A model generated the notes under the pieces. That model saw nothing but the letters and a program-made list of their open reading frames with translations, did no database searches and had not been told where the DNA came from. From a virus: a stretch of 64,000 nt of DNA. Both the position numbers and the translations under genes were made by a program. Location: positions 32,001 to 96,000 of the IMG/VR virus record IMGVR_UViG_3300045581_000900; one strand, 5' to 3'. Of this stretch, positions 28,804-38,387 are shown piece after piece; position 1 is the first letter of the stretch, and the number at the start of each line of letters is the position of its first letter.

Positions 28804-29915
28804 ACTGCCGGGGTGTTTTGATTGCCTAACGCCATCGCCTTTACCTGAGCCACTTCACGCGGGTCGATCCACGCTCCGGGCAAAGAAGTTAACCGCTCAC
28901 GAGCTTTGCGGGCCCGGGCAAGTTGCTTTGCCGCCGAGTTTTCTTGTGTCTTGTTATACATGTATGTGCCGCCGACACCTGCTGCTCCCAGACTCGCTAA
29001 CGCGGTCAGAGCAACGGGCAGCGTGATACCGACGTCAGCAAGCGTGCTGCCCCAGCCCTCGTTTTGCTTCAAGCCGTTGTTAGCTCCGTTCCCGCCGCCG
29101 CCAGAGCCAGCCCACGCTTCGGGGCTGGTGTGCACGTAATCCCAGAAACTAGCTCCCTTTTCTTTATACCCGTTAAACGCCGCATCCAAGGCTGCCGCTG
29201 CTTTTTCGTCGGCCACAAGCGTTTTGAAATATTCGTTTCGGGCGTCTTGGATTGCGTTGACGTTTTTTTCTTCTTTTGCTTTTGTATCGCGGCTGTCGAG
29301 CAGCGTGTTGGCCAATGCACCGCCGGCAACAAGGCCCGCAGGCACTGCCGCATACCGTCCGGCCATCGCCAGCCCCTCGTAAAAATTATTGGCGGCTTGC
29401 GGTATGTCAGACGTTGATTTTTGCTGCGACTCCGTCGCAAGTCGGCCAAGATTTGTTAACCCTAGCCCGCCAGCGAGACCAACGCCGCCGCCCATCGCGG
29501 CTCCTGAGAGAGCCGCCCGAAACTTATCTTTCTTCGCTCGATTGGCGTTCAGGTACGCCCCGATCCCGGCTCCCGCTACTGGCAGGCCGTAAAATAAGGC
29601 CTTGTCCAGCGGCGATAACGGACCAGCGGAATCCCACGTTGAAGACAGCTTTTCTACTGGTTGTTCGGCGGTTACGTCTTCGGGCAGAAAGCCAGACGTG
29701 GCAATCGCGTTATAGTCGGGGGCTTTTGGAAGGTGATCGTCCACAAGCTTTTTCTTAGTCCTTTTGAGCAGGTGAAACAGCCCCATGCCGCCCATACCTA
29801 ACGCAGCGTTTGTTAAAAAATTGCCAACGGCCGCGGCATGGTGCCGATCCCAAATCCGTTGGTCGTTTATGGCCCGTTCCGCGGCGGCGGCGGCCGGATT
29901 TGCTTGTTTCTTCAT
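28800..29915 (-). CDS. Gly-zipper membrane-segment virion protein
   Basis: Multiple Gly-rich hydrophobic helices separated by KQA/KLS/KAA/KGA. Confidence 0.65.
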   Translation of the reverse strand: MKKQANPAAAAAERAINDQRIWDRHHAAAVGNFLTNAALGMGGMGLFHLLKRTKKKLVDDHLPKAPDYNAIATSGFLPEDVTAEQPVEKLSSTWDSAGPLSPLDKALFYGLPVAGAGIGAYLNANRAKKDKFRAALSGAAMGGGVGLAGGLGLTNLGRLATESQQKSTSDIPQAANNFYEGLAMAGRYAAVPAGLVAGGALANTLLDSRDTKAKEEKNVNAIQDARNEYFKTLVADEKAAAALDAAFNGYKEKGASFWDYVHTSPEAWAGSGGGGNGANNGLKQNEGWGSTLADVGITLPVALTALASLGAAGVGGTYMYNKTQENSAAKQLARARKARERLTSLPGAWIDPREVAQVKAMALGNQNTPAV

Positions 29916-29922
29916 AATGCAC

Positions 29923-30270
29923 CTACTTGGGCGGAATCATGCCATAGACCTGACACCACTCCAGCCAGACTCTGTAATGTTTTTTTTCTTCGTCCCAGTG
30001 GTTTTCACGTTTTTGCAACATGTACCAGCCGTTAACAATCTTATCATTTATGTCGTCAAATTCGTTTTTTTGCGACACGTCCCATAGTTCAAACAGTTTC
30101 GACTTGAAATCGAGCCGAAAATCTATGCCTTCTAGCTCTTCCTGCTTTAAGTTCGGTGTGACGCCGGCTGCGGCGAGTACGGGGAACCCTTCAGGCGTCC
30201 CGGGCCAATGAAGCCGATTATTGCCGTGCTGCTCCCCCGCAACTTCACCGAAGTACTTCCTTGTACTCAC
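29923..30270 (-). CDS. Hypothetical protein
   Basis: 115 aa, GGAG RBS, operon-packed. Confidence 0.7.
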   Translation of the reverse strand: MSTRKYFGEVAGEQHGNNRLHWPGTPEGFPVLAAAGVTPNLKQEELEGIDFRLDFKSKLFELWDVSQKNEFDDINDKIVNGWYMLQKRENHWDEEKKHYRVWLEWCQVYGMIPPK

Positions 30271-30284
30271 AAATCACTCCGTTA

Positions 30285-30683
30285 TTAAAGGCCCTGAGCT
30301 TTCCGATACTTCAGATATGCCTGCCGAGCTTTTAAACGATCGGTGTACGCCTTGTAGGTGTTCGCGAGTTCTTGAGCCTTGATATCGTCTTCCGTGACAT
30401 CCGGCTCGTTGAGTTTTGCCAGCCCGTAGCCACCTGCGGCACCAGCGGCCAAACCGAGCCCGACCGGCACTCCGACGGCTAATGTGGCGACCGGCTTGGC
30501 CGCCTCCACAAGGGCTTTTGCCCCGCCACTAATAGCAGACCCTACGCCCAGTAAGTCAAGAGATGCTTTTTCAAGCCAGACGGCTCGCTCGCAGGCCGCC
30601 TTTTGCGATAATTTTTCTTCACGGCAGCGGGCGGCGAACCCAAGCTGAAAAGCTGTCTTGGCGTCAATATTGGCAAAATCCAT
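30285..30683 (-). CDS. Gly-zipper protein with AFQLGF N-terminal tag
   Basis: KTAFQLGF...EKAS followed by hydrophobic helices. Confidence 0.65.
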   Translation of the reverse strand: MDFANIDAKTAFQLGFAARCREEKLSQKAACERAVWLEKASLDLLGVGSAISGGAKALVEAAKPVATLAVGVPVGLGLAAGAAGGYGLAKLNEPDVTEDDIKAQELANTYKAYTDRLKARQAYLKYRKAQGL

Positions 30684-30684
30684 G

Positions 30685-31176
30685 TCACTCTCCCGGCAGA
30701 ATTAATTTTTTGGGGCCTGTGTTCGGCCCACCCATTGTAAAATCTGGGGCGACATGTTTTCCAGTGTCTTTTCCGAGCGGAAGCATGCCGGGCAGGCGAG
30801 TTGAAAAATCAGCCGCACTCGCCAAAGAAATACGGCTTTTTCGGTTCGGGCGGTGCTTTGTAAACCACTCGTCGACCTTGGGGTCGTTGCGGTCGCCCTG
30901 CTCTTTGGCCTCGTTTGTGCAGGCGACCATGTCCTCAATCGCCTTGATAAGCTCGCTGCGGTCGGCCGAGAGCCAGACGGCCTTGCTGGGATTTTCAGCG
31001 GCAATCGAGCGGAGCCGGCGGGCTTCGTCGGACAGGGCCTGAGCCCGCAAGAGAAATTCTTTACGCGTTAAAACGTAAAACTCACCGGTATCTTCGTCAT
31101 GCAGGCAGACAAAACCGTTTTCGGCGTAAAACTTAAGCCCGCGGAACGTGTAACACTTGCCGGTGACCTTTTGCAT
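30685..31176 (-). CDS. Hypothetical protein
   Basis: 163 aa; start codon lies in TGC-AAGGAT-GCA hairpin. Confidence 0.7.
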   Translation of the reverse strand: MQKVTGKCYTFRGLKFYAENGFVCLHDEDTGEFYVLTRKEFLLRAQALSDEARRLRSIAAENPSKAVWLSADRSELIKAIEDMVACTNEAKEQGDRNDPKVDEWFTKHRPNRKSRISLASAADFSTRLPGMLPLGKDTGKHVAPDFTMGGPNTGPKKLILPGE

Positions 31177-31255
31177 CCTTGCACCTTTGTCGCATGTATC
31201 GGACCATAGAACGCGTAGGCACGTGTATATCAGCCGTTACGCGTTTCGGCAACGG

Positions 31256-31603
31256 CTATTGCACCAGCCGTGTGCCTACCGGTGCCGGCTGCTTGTACCG
31301 ATCCGGGTCTGATTTTGGTGTCTTAACGCCCGGAGCGGCGGGATAGATATCAAGTGTGTCACCTGTCGGCCCTTCGCAGTCGGGGCACTTGGTCCACGGG
31401 TTATTGCTGTCGCCGGTCCGCACACGGCCAGTGCCGTTGCAGTTCGTGCAGTCCTTCGTCGGCACCTTCGGCTTTGTGGGGGCCGCACTGGGAAGCGTGG
31501 CGGCGTAAGCAACATGAGCCGCAATCTCGCCGACGTAGTCGGTGTTGTCGGCGTGGTTGACTGGAAACAAAAACGCCAACACCGTCAAAAGCCACTTCCA
31601 CAT
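31256..31603 (-). CDS. Signal-peptide protein with DnaJ-like Zn finger
   Basis: Hydrophobic N-terminus; CTNCNGTG...CPDC. Confidence 0.65.
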   Translation of the reverse strand: MWKWLLTVLAFLFPVNHADNTDYVGEIAAHVAYAATLPSAAPTKPKVPTKDCTNCNGTGRVRTGDSNNPWTKCPDCEGPTGDTLDIYPAAPGVKTPKSDPDRYKQPAPVGTRLVQ

Positions 31604-31672
31604 AGCAGTATCCTTTGTTTAGCCATCTTGTGCGGAACGACATAACTTTCTGCTGTCATTCCGCTCGCAACG

Positions 31673-32698
31673 TCAAATCTTACCCCGTGCCCCGTAGCTC
31701 TTCAGTTTTTTGGGCGGCCAGCCGTTCACGCCGGAGAACGCGATCATTGAGCGGTTCTTCATATCAGACCACTTTGACCAGAACGAGCCAACCGGAATGT
31801 CATAGTTGGTGCCGTAGATACGCGTCCCGCCGCGGTTCCATTCACCCCACGAATTTTGAATTAACACCAGCGGCTCACCATAAAGTTTAATAATCTCGGG
31901 GCGGTCGTCGACTCCGAGATAGGCAAGGGCGTGGGCCCAGCCCTTCGATGTCCGCTTAGATACGCCATTTTCATCTCTGACGTCAGACCACGATTCGCCG
32001 CCACAGCTACTAACACAGTAACCGTTGGCCAAGAAGTCGCGGAGTTGTTCAAAGCTCGTGACTTCCGTCGCGGTGCGGATTAAATGATTTTTGCCGATCT
32101 CAAGCCACGAGTCGGGCGGCGTTCGCGAGCCGTAAATACCGGCGTTGCGAGCACTGTACTTTGTGAGATCAACGCCGATCTCGTCGTACTTCTTTCGAAG
32201 CCACAGGCCGCTTTCTTTCAGCACGACCTGAGCCGCGGCCCCGCAACTCCATCCGTCCCCACCATGCCGACGCCAGTTGTAAATGGCTTCGGTGCTGAGC
32301 ACGCCGAAGGCGATGGCAACCTCGCTGACTTCAGGGGCACCTTCTAACTTGCCGCTGACCTCGTCGGGCTTGCCGCTGGTGATCTCGCAGCACATGGTGC
32401 CGAGACCGGCGTTTCGCGTCGACCAACTGACACAGTCGCCGCGGCCCTGACCGCCACCGGGTAAACAGCCGGGATACAAAGAAAGAATTTCAAGAACCGG
32501 AAGGCTTAACTTGCCCTTGCCGCTGTCTTCCAGCCCGAATGACTGGCAGGCCATCGCACCATCGGGAATACCGCCGCTGGAGCGGACAAAGTCCCACAGT
32601 TCTTCGTTGGCCCTGGGATCGGAGTACGCCCCGAGAAAACCACTCTCGTACGCTTTGACGACGTCAAAGACATCTGTGAAAAACAGTTCTTCAGCCAT
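31673..32698 (-). CDS. Papain-like (C1) cysteine peptidase
   Basis: Q..GDCVSW, WAHAL, IQNSWG catalytic motifs. Confidence 0.8.
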   Translation of the reverse strand: MAEELFFTDVFDVVKAYESGFLGAYSDPRANEELWDFVRSSGGIPDGAMACQSFGLEDSGKGKLSLPVLEILSLYPGCLPGGGQGRGDCVSWSTRNAGLGTMCCEITSGKPDEVSGKLEGAPEVSEVAIAFGVLSTEAIYNWRRHGGDGWSCGAAAQVVLKESGLWLRKKYDEIGVDLTKYSARNAGIYGSRTPPDSWLEIGKNHLIRTATEVTSFEQLRDFLANGYCVSSCGGESWSDVRDENGVSKRTSKGWAHALAYLGVDDRPEIIKLYGEPLVLIQNSWGEWNRGGTRIYGTNYDIPVGSFWSKWSDMKNRSMIAFSGVNGWPPKKLKSYGARGKI

Positions 32699-32709
32699 CG
32701 TCGTCCTCC

Positions 32710-33165
32710 TTAACGAGCCGACGCGATAATCGTGTCGCAGGCTTTGACGAGCTTGGCCTGTATCAGCGGCGTCACTGCGTTTACTACACTGGCGTCCGTA
32801 TCTTTGTCCTGCACGGCTTTATAGAACACAGCCTCGATCGCCTCGTCGAGTCCGGGGTACTTGCCCGGCGGCTCAATAGCAAGGGTCAGTGTTTCACCGT
32901 GCACTTCTTCCCACTTCTCTGTCGTGTTCACTCGCTTGCCGTTGTCTTTGTTCAAGACAGCCTTCAAGCCGCGGTACACGCTGACGATGCGAGCCTTGTC
33001 GGCGGCGGAGGCGTTCGCCAAGAGTTTCACGATTTCGGCGTCGGCAGGCACATTGACCTCGGGCGTCGACTCTGCCGGTTTTGAAAACGATGGCAGCGAA
33101 ACGCCGTTCGGGTACACAATGGCTACTGCCAGCACCAGCCCAGCAACCCATACAAGCTTCTTCAT
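32710..33165 (-). CDS. Secreted/membrane-anchored protein
   Basis: N-terminal signal/TM segment. Confidence 0.65.
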   Translation of the reverse strand: MKKLVWVAGLVLAVAIVYPNGVSLPSFSKPAESTPEVNVPADAEIVKLLANASAADKARIVSVYRGLKAVLNKDNGKRVNTTEKWEEVHGETLTLAIEPPGKYPGLDEAIEAVFYKAVQDKDTDASVVNAVTPLIQAKLVKACDTIIASAR

Positions 33166-33195
33166 GAAAAGTACTCCCGGTCGGGTATAGGTAGG

Positions 33196-33477
33196 TCAGG
33201 CTAAGGGCTTCTTCTTGGTGTGCTCGACGATCACCCGCAGCAGAGCCGTGCAGGCATCGACGCCCTCGGGGCAGTTTTCAGCCGCCAGCTTGTCGCGAAG
33301 CTCGGTGACCGAGATCAGGTCGTTGACGATCGTCACAGCAATCGAAGGCTGCACGTCTGCATCGGCGGAGCCGCCGGCCTTCAGCCTGCCGCGAACAAAC
33401 GCCAACAATTCCTTCCGATACACGACCAGCAGCAGCGTCACAAAAACGCCGGCCGCTACCAACTGAAATGTCGTCAT
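33196..33477 (-). CDS. Small membrane-anchored protein
   Basis: N-terminal TM segment. Confidence 0.65.
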   Translation of the reverse strand: MTTFQLVAAGVFVTLLLVVYRKELLAFVRGRLKAGGSADADVQPSIAVTIVNDLISVTELRDKLAAENCPEGVDACTALLRVIVEHTKKKPLA

Positions 33478-33507
33478 AATTTAATCTCCTGTAACCTAGC
33501 TATTTTA

Positions 33508-34323
33508 TCATGTTTGCGGGACAAGTACGTAGGGCCTGCCGTTGATCATAATCTTGCCGCCAATTTTAAGTCCAGCGTCCTTTGTTAATGGATACCGGCC
33601 TTTGCGTTTGCCGTACAGCTTTACCATCTCTTCAATGTCGCCGGCACGTGGGGCTGTGCAGTTCGGGTCGTAGTACGGGGCCATTAAATTCCCTGCGTTT
33701 AAATGCCCCAGCCCCAACGCGTGCCCGAGTTCGTGACACATGACCGCTACGGCCATATTAAACGACCAGTCTTCTGCCTCGTCGTACATCTGATCAAGCT
33801 GCATGTTTTCTGCCACGCCGCACGGAAGTTCGCTCCACGCCAGCGTGCCACCGCGTGCGTCGAGATTGTGCTTTCTGCCCGAGCCAGAGCGGGCGTAGAT
33901 ATTGGCGTGCTCTTTCTTCTCCACGCGGGTCGGCTCGATCGCACACACCTCAGCCCACTGCGAAAACGCAATATCGTACGCCTCTTTAATCTGCTCGTCC
34001 GACATGTTCGGCAGCTTGATGTCGTGGTAGTACGTGATCTTCTGCATGGGCCACTTGCAGGGGTCCAAGCCTGCGGCGGTCAGATTAAAATCAGGCAGGC
34101 CGCAACGAAGCTTCCGAATACGATGGGCGGTCTTCTCATTGACGTCGCCGCTCTCCTCCAGCCCGTTAAACTTCTGATATTCGCGGACCGCTTTTTGCAG
34201 TTCGGCCCCCTTCAATTTTTTAACAGCCGCCCACGATTTGTCGCCAAAGTACCCATAGTCGTACAAGAACTTTAAAACGTCATTGATCGGGAGTACGCTG
34301 TTTAATGCCGGCTTCCGTGCCAT
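33508..34323 (-). CDS. Matrixin-like (M10) metallopeptidase with PG-binding-like N-domain
   Basis: AVREYQKFNGL..SG, RCGLPD cysteine switch, HELGHALGLGH, LMAP Met-turn. Confidence 0.88.
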   Translation of the reverse strand: MARKPALNSVLPINDVLKFLYDYGYFGDKSWAAVKKLKGAELQKAVREYQKFNGLEESGDVNEKTAHRIRKLRCGLPDFNLTAAGLDPCKWPMQKITYYHDIKLPNMSDEQIKEAYDIAFSQWAEVCAIEPTRVEKKEHANIYARSGSGRKHNLDARGGTLAWSELPCGVAENMQLDQMYDEAEDWSFNMAVAVMCHELGHALGLGHLNAGNLMAPYYDPNCTAPRAGDIEEMVKLYGKRKGRYPLTKDAGLKIGGKIMINGRPYVLVPQT

Positions 34324-34335
34324 ACATCACCTGCG

Positions 34336-34746
34336 TCAGTTAGAGGATTGAACAATGCCAGCAATATCGTCGCGGCGGCATTGCTTCACCGAGCGAACGG
34401 CCGCCTCAAAAAACGGATTTTTCTTGCCGGGTTCGATCCCTCGCTCGGAACAGTGCTTCGCCCACAGGCTGTTCAGCCGTCGCTTGAGCCGCATTAACTT
34501 TCGCGGCGGCAGCATGCTGACGTTGGCCATGTCGAGTTCGACATCAGCCGCAGACCGGTTTTTCATGCACAGGTTCACCACCTGCAGAATCACCGAAATG
34601 ATGAACAGGATGGTAAGCGGGTCGAAGCCGTAGCTTGCCCGCTCTTCCTGCGACATCAGGTCCGCGATCAGGTTCTGTTCTAGGTTTTTCAAGCCTTGCG
34701 AGGCGTCGATCTTCTCCCGGAGGGTCGTGAGTTCTTCGTGTGTCAC
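34336..34746 (-). CDS. Hypothetical protein with one hydrophobic helix
   Basis: FDPLTILFIISVILQVV. Confidence 0.6.
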   Translation of the reverse strand: MTHEELTTLREKIDASQGLKNLEQNLIADLMSQEERASYGFDPLTILFIISVILQVVNLCMKNRSAADVELDMANVSMLPPRKLMRLKRRLNSLWAKHCSERGIEPGKKNPFFEAAVRSVKQCRRDDIAGIVQSSN

Positions 34747-35108
34747 AGAGCCCTCATCTTTTCTACAGCCACAGCCTCGACGTACTGATACTTCATCGTC
34801 AGCAACTGCGACTTCAACGCCGTGCGGCTGGCAATAAACTTCCAGATGAGAATCGAGTTCACCACGATCACCTCACTGGCCCCGACAAGAGCCGTGATCG
34901 CTTTCGTGAGCGTTTCCACCTCGGCGTTGCTCATCCAGCCCAGCAGGACGACGACCGCCAGCAGATTGGACACCGCGGTCGTGACCGTCGTGACAAGCTC
35001 GGGTGTCACCCACTTGGTCACTACGGCGTTTTCATCACGGCTGAACAGGTCAGTAATGAACCGCAGTTCTGCCACGGGAGCGTCAACAGGTTTTTTCATA
35101 GTCGCCAT
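34743..35108 (-). CDS. Two-TM holin-like membrane protein
   Basis: Two hydrophobic helices; upstream of the peptidase cluster. Confidence 0.45.
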   Translation of the reverse strand: MATMKKPVDAPVAELRFITDLFSRDENAVVTKWVTPELVTTVTTAVSNLLAVVVLLGWMSNAEVETLTKAITALVGASEVIVVNSILIWKFIASRTALKSQLLTMKYQYVEAVAVEKMRAL

Positions 35109-35118
35109 ACTGCACCTC

Positions 35119-36093
35119 TTAATTTCTATTAAACATTGCCGGCACGATTGCGTGCATCATACCACCCCAAAGTCCCATGTCTTGTAACTTTTGTTGGCCC
35201 AGCGGTGTTAAACCGGCCATTGCCGACAACGCTCGGCCCGCGATGTTTGCCGTCGCCAATCCGACGCCCGCAGACGCAATACCGCGAATCACGTCGACAG
35301 GCCGAATAATCGGAGAACGTTGGGCCGTGCTGATGCCTGTCATTAAGCCAGTTGTCGCTGCGGCGTAAGCCGGGGGCGTAAACTGGCTCCCACCAGTATA
35401 CATTCCGCGTTGTACATCTTGCCATGCCGCCTGATTAAATTGCGGCACGGACACCGTCGGAGCAAACAGACTCGCGTTATTAAATTGTGCGAAGCCGACT
35501 TTTTCGTCAGGGGCGGTCGTGGGCGTCGTGTTCGGCGTCACCCATGATTTCCAGAAGCCGATGTCTGGTCGCGTGCGGTAGGTGGCATAGGCGTTGTTTA
35601 AACCAATTAACCCGCCGCCAGCGAGGCCCATCAGGCCGAGATTCTTCCGCAGCCGACCACGCTCCAGATAGCGTTCTGGAAACAGGTTCTCTGCCAGTGC
35701 TCCCGCCCCGTAACCGACACCGCCAAGCATCAGCCCAGAGACGATCGCGTTGGATAACGGCGTCGGGCCGCCCAGCATTTTGTGGCCAAAATCGAACGCG
35801 TGACTGATGCCGGGAATCGCCGCAGATTTAATCAAAATTTCGCGGTCCCAGTCCGGCAGGGTTTCTCGGCTTCTGAGCACGACACAGCGACCATTATCGA
35901 CGGCCAGCTTGGAGAGCGGCTTCGGTCGGTAGAGCACGAGCACGTCGTCGACCGTGTCCCATGTGGCTGTGGTGCCGGCTAAGTCACCGGTCTGGGCAGC
36001 GATCTTGAAATACAGATGCTGCAGGTGCATGGCCTGCGGCAGCAATTCAGCGACGCGGTTTGGCACCTGCTGCCAGTCTTGAAGCGTGGTCAT
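35119..36093 (-). CDS. Gly-zipper virion cargo-like protein
   Basis: KIA/KLA/KSA motifs, Gly-rich helices. Confidence 0.6.
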   Translation of the reverse strand: MTTLQDWQQVPNRVAELLPQAMHLQHLYFKIAAQTGDLAGTTATWDTVDDVLVLYRPKPLSKLAVDNGRCVVLRSRETLPDWDREILIKSAAIPGISHAFDFGHKMLGGPTPLSNAIVSGLMLGGVGYGAGALAENLFPERYLERGRLRKNLGLMGLAGGGLIGLNNAYATYRTRPDIGFWKSWVTPNTTPTTAPDEKVGFAQFNNASLFAPTVSVPQFNQAAWQDVQRGMYTGGSQFTPPAYAAATTGLMTGISTAQRSPIIRPVDVIRGIASAGVGLATANIAGRALSAMAGLTPLGQQKLQDMGLWGGMMHAIVPAMFNRN

Positions 36094-37835
36094 TTCGGCC
36101 TCCCCAACGCCATGTTTAAAAACTGGTCGCCGTAGTTGTGAATGGCTTGTTCGGCGAAGTCGGGTTGCTCCATTTCGCCCCGCATGGCTTTCATGGCAAG
36201 TTGGTAGCGGTACTGCGGGCTTAACGCCGCCATGTACCGCTGATGATTCTGCCGAGCGTTGATCATGAAATCGCCGCGGCGTTTCACCTCCATCAACTGG
36301 TTCTGAATGTTTTCGAACACCGGCTTGTTGTAATCATATTTAATCGGCTGCCGCAGGCTGTACATGTTGCGAAGTTGATTCATATACACGTTCTCGGCCG
36401 CCTTCACGGTCGCCGGAATAGCCGTCGGGTCCATGTGCAGCCGAAAGTTCGTCGGCGTATGCGTGACACCCTTGTGGTACGGCTTCGGGTCGTCAATCCG
36501 CCAATCGTGCGGCGATTGTTCCATTAATCGCCGCAAAATCTGCGTCTTTTGTTCGTACTGTTTGTTGTCCGAGTGCTTTTTAGCCGCCAGCAGCTTTTGA
36601 ATGATGGCTTTATCAGCGGCAATAGCGGCTTTTTCTATTTCTTTGATTTTTTCGTAGTAGTGGGGGTCTTCGGACAGATGATCTTTGGCAATTTCTTTGG
36701 CGATTTGATCATTACTTGTGTGTTCGTGCTCATGCTTGGCTCCTTCGGCTAACGCGGCTGGAGAAAATTCCTGATCGGGTAAATTATCGGCTTCTCCGCC
36801 CGGTAACAGGTCTTTTTGTCCCGAGTGGGAAAGTTCGGCAGCCGCGGCTTTGTTAATAGCCGGAGCTAAGAGTTTTTTAATGTCCGGGCCCATGTAGTCG
36901 TCGCCTTCGGGCAGGCCGTGCGACAACGTAACCACTGCGTCAGAACCGACAGTGGCATTAAAGTTTCCGGGCTTGAGTTTGTGCTTCAGCAGTTCCAGAT
37001 AATGCTCGTGCTGCCAGCCTTCTCGCGGGTCGTTACCGAGCGGCCGAAACGCTGTCGGCCTAATCTTGACGCCGAGTTCTTCAAACATCTCCCGGGCGGC
37101 GGCTTGGGCCGGAGTTTCGCCCGCTTCGATGCCGCCGCCCATAAACCGCCGTTTGCCGATATTCTGCGGCCATTTTGAGTTGTTGAGCGTTTCCATCAAA
37201 TACTGGTTTTTATACGGCATTACGACGCGGACGCGGGGCTGCGGCTGATCGCTGGCCGCTTTTCTCACCTCGTTATCCTGCAGCACTTTCTTGCGGCGAA
37301 CAGCGACGGTGATGTGGAACTGATGGTCGCCGTTCATGAGCGGCGAGAGCCCGTAGCTCTTGCGTAACGCGGCCAGTTCAGGGCTGGAGACTTGAATGAC
37401 CCAGACTTTGCTGATACTGCCGGCCTTATTAATGCTTATTTCCTTCATGCTCCCCAGTCGATAGGAGAACATGTGGCCGCGTTCGTTGATCTTGTCAACA
37501 CCGATCTGCTCCACCTCGTCAGCCTTCATGACCGAGATGTGGGCGTTGAGCACGTCTGCAGCAACGTTCGGCACGCTCCACACGCCACTCGTCGGCAATT
37601 CGGCTCCGGGAACCGACATGGCGTCGAATACGCCGCGGACAAGGGCGTTCGGCACGGAGAGCAGCAGCCAGCCGCTTTTGGCTAAATACAGCCGGCCGAC
37701 AAGCGGGTAGTTCGTCGCGGCCTGCTTGTTGCCGCGGTACAGCCAGCCAAACGCGTGGCCGGCTTTATATTCGGGCGTTTCGGCGTAAAGCTCGGGTCGC
37801 CACGTTCGTTGATCTAAGACTGAGAAGCCATCCAT
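36090..37835 (-). CDS. Multidomain polyprotein: 2H-phosphoesterase-like + Nudix + DUF5661-like + two further domains
   Basis: HISV...HITV pair; GGGIEAGETPAQAAAREMFEELG Nudix box; EHEHT..IAKEIAKDHLSEDPHYY; domains separated by KQA/KAA. Confidence 0.75.
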   Translation of the reverse strand: MDGFSVLDQRTWRPELYAETPEYKAGHAFGWLYRGNKQAATNYPLVGRLYLAKSGWLLLSVPNALVRGVFDAMSVPGAELPTSGVWSVPNVAADVLNAHISVMKADEVEQIGVDKINERGHMFSYRLGSMKEISINKAGSISKVWVIQVSSPELAALRKSYGLSPLMNGDHQFHITVAVRRKKVLQDNEVRKAASDQPQPRVRVVMPYKNQYLMETLNNSKWPQNIGKRRFMGGGIEAGETPAQAAAREMFEELGVKIRPTAFRPLGNDPREGWQHEHYLELLKHKLKPGNFNATVGSDAVVTLSHGLPEGDDYMGPDIKKLLAPAINKAAAAELSHSGQKDLLPGGEADNLPDQEFSPAALAEGAKHEHEHTSNDQIAKEIAKDHLSEDPHYYEKIKEIEKAAIAADKAIIQKLLAAKKHSDNKQYEQKTQILRRLMEQSPHDWRIDDPKPYHKGVTHTPTNFRLHMDPTAIPATVKAAENVYMNQLRNMYSLRQPIKYDYNKPVFENIQNQLMEVKRRGDFMINARQNHQRYMAALSPQYRYQLAMKAMRGEMEQPDFAEQAIHNYGDQFLNMALGRPK

Positions 37836-37995
37836 GGCAGCCCCGTATGTTTACTTCTGGGCCGCCGCCGCTGTCGTGGAATAACTTTCTGGGGCCGCGG
37901 CGGCCGCTGGACCACACACAGTAATCGCGTGTGCAGACAAAAACATCGCCCAGCCACATAGGGCCGCCATAATCCACGCCATCAGGCTCATCTGG

Positions 37996-38370
37996 TTACG
38001 GATGTGTTGATTCATGGTCATCGTTGTCGCCGTAGCGGTGTGTGTCATCCCGGTCCCTTTCGTGATTAATGATGACTTTAATCCCGGCACCAGACAAGAG
38101 CGAAATTAAGATGTCAGTCAGCGTCGAGCCGCCCATGCCCGCGAGGACACAGATGCCGATTAGACCGTGAATATTCGCCGCCTTTTGATAGTTTTCGTAC
38201 CAAATCAGGGAAATGGCCAAACCCATAAACCCGGCGTTTAACATCGAGCTTACCACCGCTAGTTTAGAAAGTTTGCGGCTGAAACGCAAAAGCGTCGCCA
38301 GCCCGGCAAACGCCGAGACCCCGAACGCCGACGCAAACACCGATAAAGACACGATAAATTCGTCGACCAT
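37996..38370 (-). CDS. Three-TM holin-like protein
   Basis: Start reassigned to MVDEF at 38370; three hydrophobic helices, charged C-terminus. Confidence 0.6.
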   Translation of the reverse strand: MVDEFIVSLSVFASAFGVSAFAGLATLLRFSRKLSKLAVVSSMLNAGFMGLAISLIWYENYQKAANIHGLIGICVLAGMGGSTLTDILISLLSGAGIKVIINHERDRDDTHRYGDNDDHESTHP

Positions 38371-38387
38371 GATTTTTTGCGTTAAAA

